This document shows positions 39,071 to 48,930 of a stretch of 64,000 nt of DNA, one piece after another. This DNA is from a virus. Location: the IMG/VR virus record IMGVR_UViG_3300032291_003679, positions 64,001-128,000 of that record; one strand, written 5' to 3'. Within the stretch, counting starts at the first letter, position 1. Every line of letters begins with the position of its first letter. The translations under genes were made by a program, and so were the position numbers. Below the pieces are notes generated by a model that saw nothing but the letters and a program-made list of their open reading frames with translations, was not told where the DNA came from and did no database searches.

Positions 39071-41176
39071 TTAAACAGTCTGCCCAAAACCCCAAGCCGC
39101 CCTGGTTTCCCGCTCCGCGAAAGAGTCTTGTTGATGAGCGAAAAACTCCGTAAACATCTCTACAAGTCCGTCTCGGAAGAAAGAGAATCTCTTTTCCTCG
39201 TCCGCATACTCAAAAGATTTGAGCATTAGTGAATTTATTTCACTGAAGTGTGACTCGTTAATCTTTTTGATTCTTGCAACATGAGCATCAATCATTGCTC
39301 GAACATCTTTTGCGGGCAGTGCCTTTACTCTGAGGCCCTTCTCCGATGCTTCGTTCACTCGTGACTCAAACGAGTCATTGATAATTGAAGAAATAACCGG
39401 CCTGATGTCTTCATCAAATTGCTTGTTCCATGTGTCTATGGACAGAACCGATTCGATGTCAAGAGTTCCATGCATTAGTGCTTTTTTGGACTTTAGTCCG
39501 CTTGCTTTTTCAAGAACTACCCGCTGCTGGCGCTCCATGACTCTTTCTACTCCGCGTGAGAGAATGTTGGTCCAACGCTCAATCGATTGTTCATTTCTAT
39601 CGACTGATTCTTTTTCTGAATCATCAGACTTTGTCTCAATCTCAGATTCTGGGGATGAAGCGACCGTTGTTGGTGCTGGAGGCATTGCTGTCTGCGGTAT
39701 CCCGCCGAAAGCCTCTGGTGGAACAGTTGTTTGCGCAAGCTGTCCTTCTGCTGCTGTCTCGGCAAGAGCACCAGCCATTGTGTTCGTATCGAGCGGCATG
39801 ACTTCTCCGCCTGGAGGAATAGGTGCTGGGGCACCTGGAGGCATTCCTGGCATACCTGGGGGCATTCCTGGCATTCCTGGCATTCCTGGCATTCCTGGCA
39901 TTCCTGGTGCTCCTGGAATCTGTGTTTGTCCCTCTTCCATCTTCTTTTTGGTATTGGCGATAGGAATGAGGTTTGGATTTTGCAGCAGAGAGTCAGCAAG
40001 GTCTGCTTCTACTTCTTTGCGTGAAGAACCCATTCTGTATTCGTTTGCGCTGATAAGACCAGACTGGAACTCTTGGAGAAGGTATTTGTCTCTCTCTTGC
40101 TTATAAAGCATAAGGATTGGCACTTCGGACGTATCAAAATCTAAATAGAATTTTTCATCAAGTTCGTCAAGGCCACGAGCCAATGGCTCTAGGTGAGGAA
40201 GCATTGTCTCCATCCAGAAAACACGAATTTCTTCAGCTGCGTTACTAAATGTTCTTCCTGCAGCATTTCCGATAACTGATTCCGGGACACCGAAGGATGA
40301 AAGAATTTCTTCTTTTGTTATCTGTCGCATCTGAATATATGCAGCATCACGCGGGTTCGCGGAAGTATCAACAAAATCCACCCCATCGTCTGCTGCAATA
40401 ACCGTCGTATGGCCTGCTTTTGCAAGATTTCCACGGAATCTGCTTCTTAGCTCTTCCTTGTCGTCCTCGTCAATTGCGCCCCTAACGACCAAAAGTCCAC
40501 CAGGGCGGCCATCGTTTAGGAGGTAGTTGCGGTTATAAAGTTTGGCTAGGTTTTCAATTTCAATTGCTACGCCAGCTGCCTCTAGGGGTGTTAGAGACAG
40601 GTATGGGTCAAGTGGATGAGGTCTTCTTATCCAGCAAACATCTTCTGGCTTGAGAATTCTTTTTTCTCCATATGGCATCTGCACTTCATAGCCAGATACA
40701 AAAGTTTTAGGGTCGGGGATTGGGGCTGTTGATTGGGGCGGAAGAAGGTTGAGCGCGATGATGCGACCATCTCGCCCAAATATTTTCTCAATAAATGCGC
40801 CGCGAGTTCCAAGAAGCAACTGGGCAGAAAGCCTGTATCTGAATATAAAGGAGTTTTCTCCAACATTTGCTTTATTATTCAGAAGCTCCAGAAGGGTTGA
40901 GCGATTTGCTTCTCTACCTACAACTATTTCGCCCTTATTTGAGTTGTTTTTTCTGAGAATTATTGGAAGTCGCGCTTGGTTGCCAGCGATTGCATCAATA
41001 CACCTGTTAACCCAGGTGATTTTTGACATTCCTTCACGGTAGGCGCGCTCAATATCCCAAGAGTCACGGTATGCCTTCCCAGCAAGAGATGGGTTAATGG
41101 AGATAGGCGCTCCATACCCAACGTCCTTTCTGGACTGGGAATTTATGTTTTTGTTTTGAGGTGCGTTCCAAGCCAT
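39071..41176 (-). CDS. Portal protein (HK97 family) with a Pro/Gly/Met-rich linker and C-terminal extension
   Basis: WVNRCIDAIA, LSPL-like LTPLEAA, NDGRPGGLL, EILSSFGVPESVIG, TFSNAAE, GLISANEYR. Confidence 0.92.
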   Translation of the reverse strand: MAWNAPQNKNINSQSRKDVGYGAPISINPSLAGKAYRDSWDIERAYREGMSKITWVNRCIDAIAGNQARLPIILRKNNSNKGEIVVGREANRSTLLELLNNKANVGENSFIFRYRLSAQLLLGTRGAFIEKIFGRDGRIIALNLLPPQSTAPIPDPKTFVSGYEVQMPYGEKRILKPEDVCWIRRPHPLDPYLSLTPLEAAGVAIEIENLAKLYNRNYLLNDGRPGGLLVVRGAIDEDDKEELRSRFRGNLAKAGHTTVIAADDGVDFVDTSANPRDAAYIQMRQITKEEILSSFGVPESVIGNAAGRTFSNAAEEIRVFWMETMLPHLEPLARGLDELDEKFYLDFDTSEVPILMLYKQERDKYLLQEFQSGLISANEYRMGSSRKEVEADLADSLLQNPNLIPIANTKKKMEEGQTQIPGAPGMPGMPGMPGMPGMPPGMPGMPPGAPAPIPPGGEVMPLDTNTMAGALAETAAEGQLAQTTVPPEAFGGIPQTAMPPAPTTVASSPESEIETKSDDSEKESVDRNEQSIERWTNILSRGVERVMERQQRVVLEKASGLKSKKALMHGTLDIESVLSIDTWNKQFDEDIRPVISSIINDSFESRVNEASEKGLRVKALPAKDVRAMIDAHVARIKKINESHFSEINSLMLKSFEYADEEKRFSFFRDGLVEMFTEFFAHQQDSFAERETRAAWGFGQTV
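39831..39916 (-). repeat. 9-nt tandem repeat (GGCATTCCT)n encoding (PGM)n in the portal
   Basis: Directly visible tandem copies. Confidence 0.9.
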
Positions 41177-41183
41177 GCGTTAT

Positions 41184-41450
41184 CTACTCAGAACCCAACA
41201 AGAAACCGAAAAGTCCACAAGAGACACCAGCGACCACCCAACCGGCAGGGAAAAATATCATTCCTGCTCCAATACTAGTAAATATTATAAAGCAAAGCAT
41301 TAATACATTTGCGAAAGTTCTACGATTAGCCCTAATTTGAAGCCATCTGCGGAAAACCCGAATTTTTAAAGTTAACCGAGCCGGAAGCGTCTTGATGGTC
41401 TTTTTAAATTTGCGGCGTCTGTTTTTTGTTTCTGCTTGCGCTGGGGGCAT
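41184..41450 (-). CDS. Small membrane protein upstream of the portal
   Basis: Basic N-terminus and two hydrophobic segments; TACTGT 7 nt before ATG. Confidence 0.6.
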   Translation of the reverse strand: MPPAQAETKNRRRKFKKTIKTLPARLTLKIRVFRRWLQIRANRRTFANVLMLCFIIFTSIGAGMIFFPAGWVVAGVSCGLFGFLLGSE

Positions 41451-41518
41451 GTAAGATACAGTAGCGCATAAGTTGGCTCTCGCGCACTAAGAGCCTTATC
41501 GATTGGTATTTATAGTTT

Positions 41519-42832
41519 ATGGCTGGAAAAGCTAACTGGGAAGAAGTCCTTGAATACCTCAGCCCCAAAATGCCTTCATTTTGTCCGGAGGAGCCATCTA
41601 TAAACCAAAAAGTTTTCTTGAGAACCAATTCACTTGAGGGACTATTTGGTGGGGCTGCCGGTGGAGGCAAGTCCAGTGCTCTTTTGATGGCTGCACTGCA
41701 ATACGTAGATGTCCCAGGGTACTCTGCAATCCTTTTCCGTAGGACATTTGCGGACCTTTCGCTCCCTGGAGCTCTGATGGACCGCTTTAAGTCATGGATG
41801 AGCAACTACGACGATGTCCACTGGAACAACAACACATTCGTTGCCACCTTCCCATCCGGTGCGCGTATTTCTTTCGGATACTTAAATAACGTTAATGACT
41901 ATCTCCGCTACAAAGGTTCCGAATTTCAGTTCATAGGAATGGATGAGGTCACGGAAATCCGTGAATCTGACTACAGATACCTGTTCTCCCGTCTCCGCCG
42001 TCCTGCAAGCGGACCAATCGCCCAAGTCCCACTCAGAATGAGGGCTGCGTCAAACCCTGCCCCCAACTGGGTGCGTCAGCGCTTTATCGTGGAAGGCAAG
42101 GAGACTGGAAGGGTGTTTGTCCCATCTACGCTAAAAGACAACCCTGGAATTGACGCTGACTCATACCGACAGGCTCTGTCAGCCCTTGACCCAGTGGAAA
42201 GAAGAAGACTTGAAGAGGGCGACTGGTGGTCAACCACCCTGGGCAGCCTGTTTGAGCGGGAATCTTTCATAATTATTGACGCCGACGAGATACCACTTAT
42301 AACCAACTCAGCGAGAGTTGTCAGGTTCTGGGACCTTGCAGCCACCGAGCCTCACGCTGGCAACCCTGACCCTGACTGGACGGTTGGGACGCTCATGCTG
42401 TTTGACGGGGGGGTTTCCTACATTCTTGATGTTAGGAAGGCGCGCGTAAAAGGAGAAAAAGTAGAGCAATTAATCTCCGAGACCGCCGAAGATGACGGAT
42501 ACGGGGTTTCAATTAGAATGGAACAAGAACCCGGTTCTTCCGGAAAGGCCTTGGTTGACCAGTACGCCAGATACGTCGTTCCTGGGTATGACTTTGGCGC
42601 AATGAGGCCGACCGGAGACAAGGTGACAAGGGCTAGGCCGTTCGCCGCTGCTGCCGCCAACGGAAACGTTCGCCTGGTTCGTGCCCCTTGGCTCACTGAC
42701 TGGCTGGACGAATTTTCTTCATTTCCAGAAGCCGCGAACCACGACGACCAGGTTGACTCCGCTGTTGGAGCTTTTACTTTTTTGACTGGTTTGGGGTTGC
42801 CTCAACGCAAACGTGCTTCTATAATTTTCTAA
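41519..42832 (+). CDS. terL: Terminase large subunit
   Basis: Walker A GGAAGGGKS, Walker B FIGMDE, ASNP, nuclease WDLA...DWTVG and HDDQVDS. Confidence 0.95.
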   Translation: MAGKANWEEVLEYLSPKMPSFCPEEPSINQKVFLRTNSLEGLFGGAAGGGKSSALLMAALQYVDVPGYSAILFRRTFADLSLPGALMDRFKSWMSNYDDVHWNNNTFVATFPSGARISFGYLNNVNDYLRYKGSEFQFIGMDEVTEIRESDYRYLFSRLRRPASGPIAQVPLRMRAASNPAPNWVRQRFIVEGKETGRVFVPSTLKDNPGIDADSYRQALSALDPVERRRLEEGDWWSTTLGSLFERESFIIIDADEIPLITNSARVVRFWDLAATEPHAGNPDPDWTVGTLMLFDGGVSYILDVRKARVKGEKVEQLISETAEDDGYGVSIRMEQEPGSSGKALVDQYARYVVPGYDFGAMRPTGDKVTRARPFAAAAANGNVRLVRAPWLTDWLDEFSSFPEAANHDDQVDSAVGAFTFLTGLGLPQRKRASIIF

Positions 42833-42869
42833 ACCATCACCAAACTAGACTTACAAAGAGGTACTACTA

Positions 42870-43364
42870 ATGAGCTTGGGTAGAATCCAAGAACTCCGTT
42901 CCGCCATCATGGAACTAGACAAAGATATTTCTTCTTTCCTAAAGGAAGCGCCAAGTGCAGAAGAAGCCGGTACAGCTCTCGCTGAGCTGAACTTTTTAAA
43001 GCGAGACATTTCTCTCGTTTACGACATATTCGCTGGAGCTCTTTCAGAAATTATGGGACCAGTAGAATCGTTGCATCTTTCAGATGGAACAACTATTGAA
43101 AAGAAGTCTTCCTATGACCGAAAAGGCTGGAAGCATGCAGACCTCGGTTCTGCGGTCGCAGAACGCCTCGTAAAGATGTCTATCGACATGGACACGGGGG
43201 AAGTAACCAAGTCTCCGAAAGAAATAGCACAAGAGATGCTTTCATATTGTGCTCCTTCTTATTGGAGAATCAAAGAACTTAACAAAATTGGCTTGAATGC
43301 AGATAACTTCAGTGAAGTTGGAGAACTCAAGACCAGCATCATCGTCCGTAAACCAAAGTCATAA
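42870..43364 (+). CDS. Hypothetical protein in the recombination cluster
   Basis: 164-aa ORF with SD GAGG. Confidence 0.7.
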   Translation: MSLGRIQELRSAIMELDKDISSFLKEAPSAEEAGTALAELNFLKRDISLVYDIFAGALSEIMGPVESLHLSDGTTIEKKSSYDRKGWKHADLGSAVAERLVKMSIDMDTGEVTKSPKEIAQEMLSYCAPSYWRIKELNKIGLNADNFSEVGELKTSIIVRKPKS

Positions 43365-43378
43365 ATCGAGGAGAGAAC

Positions 43379-44059
43379 ATGACACAGAACAGCCAAGACA
43401 TTGCCCGCCAGCTCGCAGAGCCATTTCCAGAAGAAATGGAAAAGACTCTCGTCAAGAGTGGCGTTTCTCTTATTTACCTTCCAATTAGCGAAGTGATTAA
43501 TCGACTTAACAAAGTTCTCGGTGTAGAGAACTGGTCTTTTGAAATCATCTCAGTACGTCGTGACGAGGTGGACGTTGACGAAATAATCGCGCACGTTTCA
43601 CTGTCTGCTGAAATCGATGGCAAATCTATTGTTAAGCATGGATTTGGTGGCCAGACAGTCAAGCGCCAAAGAAAAGACAACAAGCCTGTCGACCTTGGCA
43701 ACGACTTCAAGGGAGCAGTATCTGACGCCCTCAAGAAAGCCGCTCAACAGTTAGGCATCGGTCTATATCTTGCTCGGTCTGCAGACGCGATGGATGCCGA
43801 GGACGCAATTCATTCTGCTCCACAGCAACCCGAGCAACCATCGGAGATTGACGAAAGATGGAACAACTTTGTATCTGTTACAAAAACACTCACACAAGAG
43901 CAAAAAGACTCTTTGAACGATTTTTGGGCAAAGCATTCTGGCGGCAAACCAAAGCCAACACGTGCCACAGCAACAGAAGATGACATTGATGTCCTTGTTG
44001 TTGAAGCAATGCGACTTTCGTTCGGTGCAACTCTTGTAGAGCCAACAGATGGCAAGTGA
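43379..44059 (+). CDS. Rad52/Sak-family single-strand annealing protein
   Basis: LAEPFP...YL....VINRLNKVLG..NWSF...KGAVSDALKKAA..LGIGLYL. Confidence 0.85.
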   Translation: MTQNSQDIARQLAEPFPEEMEKTLVKSGVSLIYLPISEVINRLNKVLGVENWSFEIISVRRDEVDVDEIIAHVSLSAEIDGKSIVKHGFGGQTVKRQRKDNKPVDLGNDFKGAVSDALKKAAQQLGIGLYLARSADAMDAEDAIHSAPQQPEQPSEIDERWNNFVSVTKTLTQEQKDSLNDFWAKHSGGKPKPTRATATEDDIDVLVVEAMRLSFGATLVEPTDGK

Positions 44060-44831
44060 TGAGCCAGTGGTTCTTGTAGCCCCAGATAGGCTTTCGCCGT
44101 CTTCCATATCAACGTTTCAGCAATGTCCACTGAAGTTTAAATTCAGCAAAATTGACGGACTTCGTGATGCCCCAACAGAAGCAACAATGCTGGGAAATTT
44201 CGTTCATGAGATTCTAGAAGTAATGTATGCACTTCCTGCTGAACAGCGGACGCAGGACACGGCCCGCGCTTTGGCTCGTGACTTGTGGTCTTCTAAGTGG
44301 GAGGAACAGGTCACAACGCTGATTCACACAGAGAAAGAATTAAAACTCTTCAGATGGACGGCATGGTGGTGTGTAGAGAATCTATGGAACCTTGAGGAAC
44401 CCAAAGAAGTCGAACCTTATTCGATAGAAGAGCATGTAGAGGGAGAGATTTCTGGGATTAAGCTTCACGGCTTCATAGACAGATTGCACTTCTCTGACGG
44501 AGTAGCAAAGGTGTCTGACTACAAGACAGGCAAGACACCTAAAAAGAACTACATCGATGACAAGTTCTTTCAGTTAATTATCTACACTCAGCTTTTAGAG
44601 AGCGCCGGGATTAATGCGGACAAAATTGAAGTCGAGCTTCTTTACCTGAAAGACGGAGTCAGGTTCGCAAAAGAAATTACAAAAGAAGATGTGGCCAAGG
44701 TCGCATCCGTGATTGCTGAAGTAAGAGAAGGCATAGAGAAGAGATGCGAGGAAGGGTATTTTGAGCCGAACAAGTCAATCTTATGCAACTGGTGCGGATT
44801 CAAGTCAATTTGTCCAGCATGGCAAAAGTAA
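44049..44831 (+). CDS. PD-(D/E)XK RecB/AddB-like exonuclease with Fe-S cysteines
   Basis: LSPSS...QCP, G..VHEILE, GFIDR, DYKTGK, QLIIY, LCNWCGFKSIC. Confidence 0.88.
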   Translation: MASDEPVVLVAPDRLSPSSISTFQQCPLKFKFSKIDGLRDAPTEATMLGNFVHEILEVMYALPAEQRTQDTARALARDLWSSKWEEQVTTLIHTEKELKLFRWTAWWCVENLWNLEEPKEVEPYSIEEHVEGEISGIKLHGFIDRLHFSDGVAKVSDYKTGKTPKKNYIDDKFFQLIIYTQLLESAGINADKIEVELLYLKDGVRFAKEITKEDVAKVASVIAEVREGIEKRCEEGYFEPNKSILCNWCGFKSICPAWQK

Positions 44832-44841
44832 GGGTTCATCT

Positions 44842-45357
44842 GTGAGCCCTAAATGGAATGATGACATCTTCGCACGTACAGTTGCAGAAGAGGTAAAGAA
44901 TAAAGTTACCCCTATTGAAAGAGATGAGCTACGTCGCCCAGAGAACTGGGACAGATGGAAGCGCGCTCTTGTTGCTTTGTCGGATAATCTGCAAAACCAG
45001 ATTGAGCTAATTGAAGAAGACAACGAGTCGGACCAAAGACGCTATTCTTCGCTTGGGTCAAAAGGCAATAAGTTGACAACTGAAACTCGTCGCTACTATG
45101 ACGAGAAAGCAACCAAGATTAAAAGATTCAAATATCACGTAGACAGAAGACTTGATGAGGTCTGCGTAATGATTGAAACTGGAGAGGCCACACAGAGTGA
45201 CGGATGGAAAGAGGTCGACTTTTACCGTAGAGCGATAATTGCGCACCGCAACATGCTCCGAGACTTTGACCTAGAGGATACAGCGATTGACCGCTCCCTC
45301 TGGGATTGCCTTGACGGTAAATGGACCTTTGATTCTATTAACAACGACAACTTGTGA
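44842..45357 (+). CDS. Hypothetical helical protein
   Basis: GTG at 44842 in the long frame just after the exonuclease stop. Confidence 0.65.
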   Translation: MSPKWNDDIFARTVAEEVKNKVTPIERDELRRPENWDRWKRALVALSDNLQNQIELIEEDNESDQRRYSSLGSKGNKLTTETRRYYDEKATKIKRFKYHVDRRLDEVCVMIETGEATQSDGWKEVDFYRRAIIAHRNMLRDFDLEDTAIDRSLWDCLDGKWTFDSINNDNL

Positions 45358-45374
45358 TGTAGTCTTGCGCTTAG

Positions 45375-45728
45375 ATGGAGCGTAAAAAACCAATTAAGCG
45401 GACACCAATTAAGCGTAGTTCAGCGCCAATAGCGAAGCGCAGCAAAAAAACCGAGAAAGCTTATGTTGAGCGTCGTAAAATAGTTGCTGAGATGCTCGCC
45501 GAGTTCCCGCTTTGTTTTGCTTGTCCAATATTTGCAAAACACGACGGCTTGTCAACGTTTATTCATAAGAACAGTGTTGACATTCATGAACTAATAAGAA
45601 GGTCACAGGGTGGCTCTATTTTGGACAGAGATAATCTTGTTTCAGTCTGTAGACAATGCCATACGCGAATAGGAAATGAGCCATCTTTGGCTTTTTCACT
45701 AGGACTCGCAAAACATTCTTGGGATTGA
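45375..45728 (+). CDS. HNH endonuclease
   Basis: CFAC...DIHELIRRSQGGS..DRDNLVSVCRQCH. Confidence 0.8.
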   Translation: MERKKPIKRTPIKRSSAPIAKRSKKTEKAYVERRKIVAEMLAEFPLCFACPIFAKHDGLSTFIHKNSVDIHELIRRSQGGSILDRDNLVSVCRQCHTRIGNEPSLAFSLGLAKHSWD

Positions 45729-45777
45729 GTGTATTATTTAATCATTCCTAGATATCGCTACCTGGGGACAGTATAGG

Positions 45778-45826
45778 TACAAGGGCGGGCAGGCGCATAA
45801 TTTGACGACTGCCCGCCTTTGTATTT
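45778..45826 (+). terminator. GC-rich hairpin with T-tail (terminator, possibly ending a short RNA)
   Basis: TACAAGGGCGGGCAG...CTGCCCGCCTTTGTA followed by TTT. Confidence 0.55.
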
Positions 45827-45842
45827 GCTATAGTCACTGCTT

Positions 45843-46370
45843 GTGAATATTCTTGGGTTAGACCTATCTTTGACGTCTACCGGGTATTCATTTCATGGGA
45901 ATACTGGAATATTTTCAACGAAAGCCAAAGGACCAGAGAGGCTTTCTACGATAAACAAACTCGTATTGCAGTTTTGTCTTGACAACGGTGTTGAGTGCGT
46001 TGTCATTGAGGGCTACTCATTTGCTTCACGAAACTCACAGGCCCACAGCATTGGTGAACTTGGAGGATGTATACGCATGACCTTGTGGGAGTGCAATATT
46101 CCGTACATCGAGGTCCCACCAAGATGTAGGGCAAAATTTGCTACAGGCAAGGGGAATGCTGGCAAAACAGAGGTCATATCGTCCATCTCATCAAAGACTG
46201 GCCTTGTGTTCTCTGGTGCTGGAGCAGATGATGAATGTGATGCGTGGGTTCTTGAGCAGATGGGCCTTACTTATCTTGGAGAGTCGACACAATCTTGGAC
46301 AAAAGAGCAACTTGAGGCTTTAACGAAAGTAGACTGGTCGCAAATAGACACAATGAGGGGAACCGCTTAA
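45843..46370 (+). CDS. RuvC-like Holliday junction resolvase
   Basis: ILGLDLSLTSTG, VVIEGY, GELGG, KFATGKGNA.K, DDECDA. Confidence 0.88.
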   Translation: MNILGLDLSLTSTGYSFHGNTGIFSTKAKGPERLSTINKLVLQFCLDNGVECVVIEGYSFASRNSQAHSIGELGGCIRMTLWECNIPYIEVPPRCRAKFATGKGNAGKTEVISSISSKTGLVFSGAGADDECDAWVLEQMGLTYLGESTQSWTKEQLEALTKVDWSQIDTMRGTA

Positions 46371-46706
46371 ATGAGAACCACACCGATTAGCCAGGTAGAT
46401 ATTGAGCAAGAATTACTACGCTTGATGGATACCTTAGAAAATGAAACAGAGCAATTTGAGTCACTATCTATGGATATGGCAAAAAAAGAAGCTGTCTATA
46501 AAGCAAACTGGGCTCGTGAATACTTATCAGCTAAGGGCTCTATTAAAGAGCGTGAAGCTTGGGCTGACTACAAACTTGACCAAGAATTGTTTGAGTACAA
46601 GTGTGCTGAAGCTCTTGTAAAGGCAAAAAGAGAAAAACTTCTTTCTGTTCGCTCATCGATGGACGCAATAAGAACACTAAACGCAAACGTAAGAACGCAG
46701 GTATAG
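46371..46706 (+). CDS. Coiled-coil hypothetical protein
   Basis: Helical 111-aa ORF in the operon. Confidence 0.65.
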   Translation: MRTTPISQVDIEQELLRLMDTLENETEQFESLSMDMAKKEAVYKANWAREYLSAKGSIKEREAWADYKLDQELFEYKCAEALVKAKREKLLSVRSSMDAIRTLNANVRTQV

Positions 46707-46708
46707 AG

Positions 46709-47587
46709 ATGCCTAATGGGATACATGAATCACTACTTCAGCTGGCTGTGGATGTTGACATCCTTGTCCCACTAGACAACAACCCGCGTCGTGGCGATGT
46801 TGCCGCAATCATGTCCTCATACAAAGAGTTTGGGCAGATTAAGCCAATCGTAATAAGACCAAATGATGACGGAACAGCAACAGTCATAGCAGGAAACCAC
46901 CAACTGCAGGCTGCTAAGAATCTTGGATGGGACAAGATTGCTGCCGTACCTTATGAGGTTGACGGAGAACGGGCTATCGCCTTTGCAATTGCCGACAACA
47001 GAACAATGGAGCTTGGTTATACGGAGCCGGAACTTCTCAACGAAGTAATTCTTGAATTAGCTGATGTCTATCCAGAACTAATGACTGGTCTTGGGTGGGA
47101 CGAATTCTCAACGGCAGAAATTGAACAGAAAGTTATTCGTCAAGATAACCGAATAGTTGAACCGGGTGCTGGATTTATAGCCCCTGTTATGTCCGGCAAT
47201 TCAGGCAATGGATTTACTTCAGGGGAAGCAAGATTTGACAGATACGAAGACTATGAAGAAAATGACGAAGAATACAACGCTCCATCTGCTGAACGACCAG
47301 GTTTGGATAGAAATGCTGTTTCGGTCACGCAAACAGAAGACGGCAAGCAGAGAATAGGCATAATGCCAGGGATGGACCAAAATGATGCTGTCATCCGTGG
47401 GTCTACAACCGTGGCTCCAGGTTCTGCGCCTCAGGCTGTTGTCCAATATACGCTAGTCTTTGATAACACCGCACAGCAGGCTAGGTGGTATGAATTCGTC
47501 AAGTGGCTTCGCTCAGACCCAGCCGTAGTCGGAACTACTACAGCAGAAAAATTAATCGACTTCATCAATCAACACATAGAGATTTAA
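46709..47587 (+). CDS. ParB/Srx-like N-terminal domain protein
   Basis: NNPR.GDV..I..S..EFGQIKPIV...IAGNH..AAK.LGW...ADNR. Confidence 0.85.
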   Translation: MPNGIHESLLQLAVDVDILVPLDNNPRRGDVAAIMSSYKEFGQIKPIVIRPNDDGTATVIAGNHQLQAAKNLGWDKIAAVPYEVDGERAIAFAIADNRTMELGYTEPELLNEVILELADVYPELMTGLGWDEFSTAEIEQKVIRQDNRIVEPGAGFIAPVMSGNSGNGFTSGEARFDRYEDYEENDEEYNAPSAERPGLDRNAVSVTQTEDGKQRIGIMPGMDQNDAVIRGSTTVAPGSAPQAVVQYTLVFDNTAQQARWYEFVKWLRSDPAVVGTTTAEKLIDFINQHIEI

Positions 47588-47588
47588 C

Positions 47589-47789
47589 ATGGACCCAATA
47601 GAACAAAAATGCAGATACCTTCTTGGCAGAGGACGCATTTCAGCAAATGAATGTGCCGAGGTTTTGAATGTTCTTGATATAAGAATTTCAGAAGCCACGC
47701 ACTGGAAAGAAATAGCCGAAAAAGCGCTAAATGAAAACAATGAACTGAGAGCTGAAGTAGCACGCTTGAGTCAAATAGCGCGGTACTAA
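47589..47789 (+). CDS. Hypothetical protein
   Basis: 66-aa ORF filling the gap in the operon. Confidence 0.55.
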   Translation: MDPIEQKCRYLLGRGRISANECAEVLNVLDIRISEATHWKEIAEKALNENNELRAEVARLSQIARY

Positions 47790-47790
47790 A

Positions 47791-48930
47791 GTGACCCGTC
47801 AACGTCTATTCCTAGACATGAGTTGCGTAGAAGCTGCTCGCCAAAGAATTCGCCACGTTTATGACACATTCGATACTGTCTGTGTTCAGTTTTCTGGTGG
47901 TAAAGACTCTACGGCGGTCCTTTTGCTTGCCAAAGAAGTGCACGAAGAAAGGGGCCTCGGTCCTGTAAAGGTTATTTTCCGTGACGAAGAGATGGTTAGC
48001 CCTGTGGTGGCGGACTATGTCGAGCGAGTAAGAAATTATGACTGGGTCGACATGGAATGGTATTGCCTTCCGTATCCGGCAGAAATATGGGTGCTCGGCT
48101 ACAGAATAACTACATTGCTTTGGAGCCAGGAGCGCTTTGAGCAAGACAGATGGATACGCCCAATGCCATCGTGGGCAATAAGCGGAAAACATTTTGGACT
48201 GAGCCACAGTGTTTCCTTGCCTGAGCAAACTGACTACTACACAATGCAAGGGAAGAAGGGAAACGTTGCCTTCCTCACCGGAGTACGAGCAAGTGAATCA
48301 ATGGTTCGCTATAGGTCGATAGTTCAGAAACTTCACGAGAACTACATAAATACTCCATACAAACTAAAAAAGGGAATACCTCTTAAGTTTGCAAAAGTAA
48401 TTTACGACTGGAACACAAATGATGTGTTTAAGTTCATCATTGAAGAGCATGGCGCTGAATATTGTGAGTACTACGACCTTGCCGCCCTAACTGGAAGCAA
48501 TACAAGAGTTGGAATACCACTGCATGCTACGGCAATTAGAAGAATCGGTGACGTTATAGCAACTGAGCCAGAGTTTTATGACAGACTTTTTGAATGCTTC
48601 CCGTACATTGACGCACAGCGCAGACTGTGGCCTGAATTTGACTCAGAACAATTAATCGAAAGCTATGCCCGTTTTGGTTTTGATGGCGCATCAAGTTTTA
48701 TAGACGAGTATCTGGTTGGGGATAGGCGCAAGACCGAAGCAAAAGCATATGTTTCTAAATTCAGAAAAAAACACCTGACCGACCCTCATGGGTATCCAGT
48801 TAGTTGGTTAATCAGAAACCTAATGCTCAATGATATTGACGTAAACTCACCGACGCCAGTGGGGCCAAAAACAAAAGCTCACGCAGTTAGGGCTGTGGAG
48901 ATGGAAAGAGCCGACATCTATGAATATTAA
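47791..48930 (+). CDS. PAPS-reductase/PP-loop family protein (IbrA/YbdN-like)
   Basis: FSGGKDS PP-loop, FRDEE, WYCLP, GVRASES..R, IYDW...DV. Confidence 0.85.
   Translation: MTRQRLFLDMSCVEAARQRIRHVYDTFDTVCVQFSGGKDSTAVLLLAKEVHEERGLGPVKVIFRDEEMVSPVVADYVERVRNYDWVDMEWYCLPYPAEIWVLGYRITTLLWSQERFEQDRWIRPMPSWAISGKHFGLSHSVSLPEQTDYYTMQGKKGNVAFLTGVRASESMVRYRSIVQKLHENYINTPYKLKKGIPLKFAKVIYDWNTNDVFKFIIEEHGAEYCEYYDLAALTGSNTRVGIPLHATAIRRIGDVIATEPEFYDRLFECFPYIDAQRRLWPEFDSEQLIESYARFGFDGASSFIDEYLVGDRRKTEAKAYVSKFRKKHLTDPHGYPVSWLIRNLMLNDIDVNSPTPVGPKTKAHAVRAVEMERADIYEY

Noticed and set aside
39831-39916. CRISPR-like or regulatory DNA repeat
   Set aside because: A 9-nt in-frame coding repeat without spacers.
21240-40866. 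Ser/Phe-rich plus-strand ORFs (e.g. 29058-29804, 33898-34755, 39378-40106)
   Set aside because: Antisense reflections of Glu/Asp/Lys-rich minus-strand genes; no independent coding signals.
44049-44831. Cas4 / CRISPR system
   Set aside because: The protein fits a RecB/AddB-like phage exonuclease next to a Rad52-like annealase; no other cas genes or repeat-spacer array were seen.
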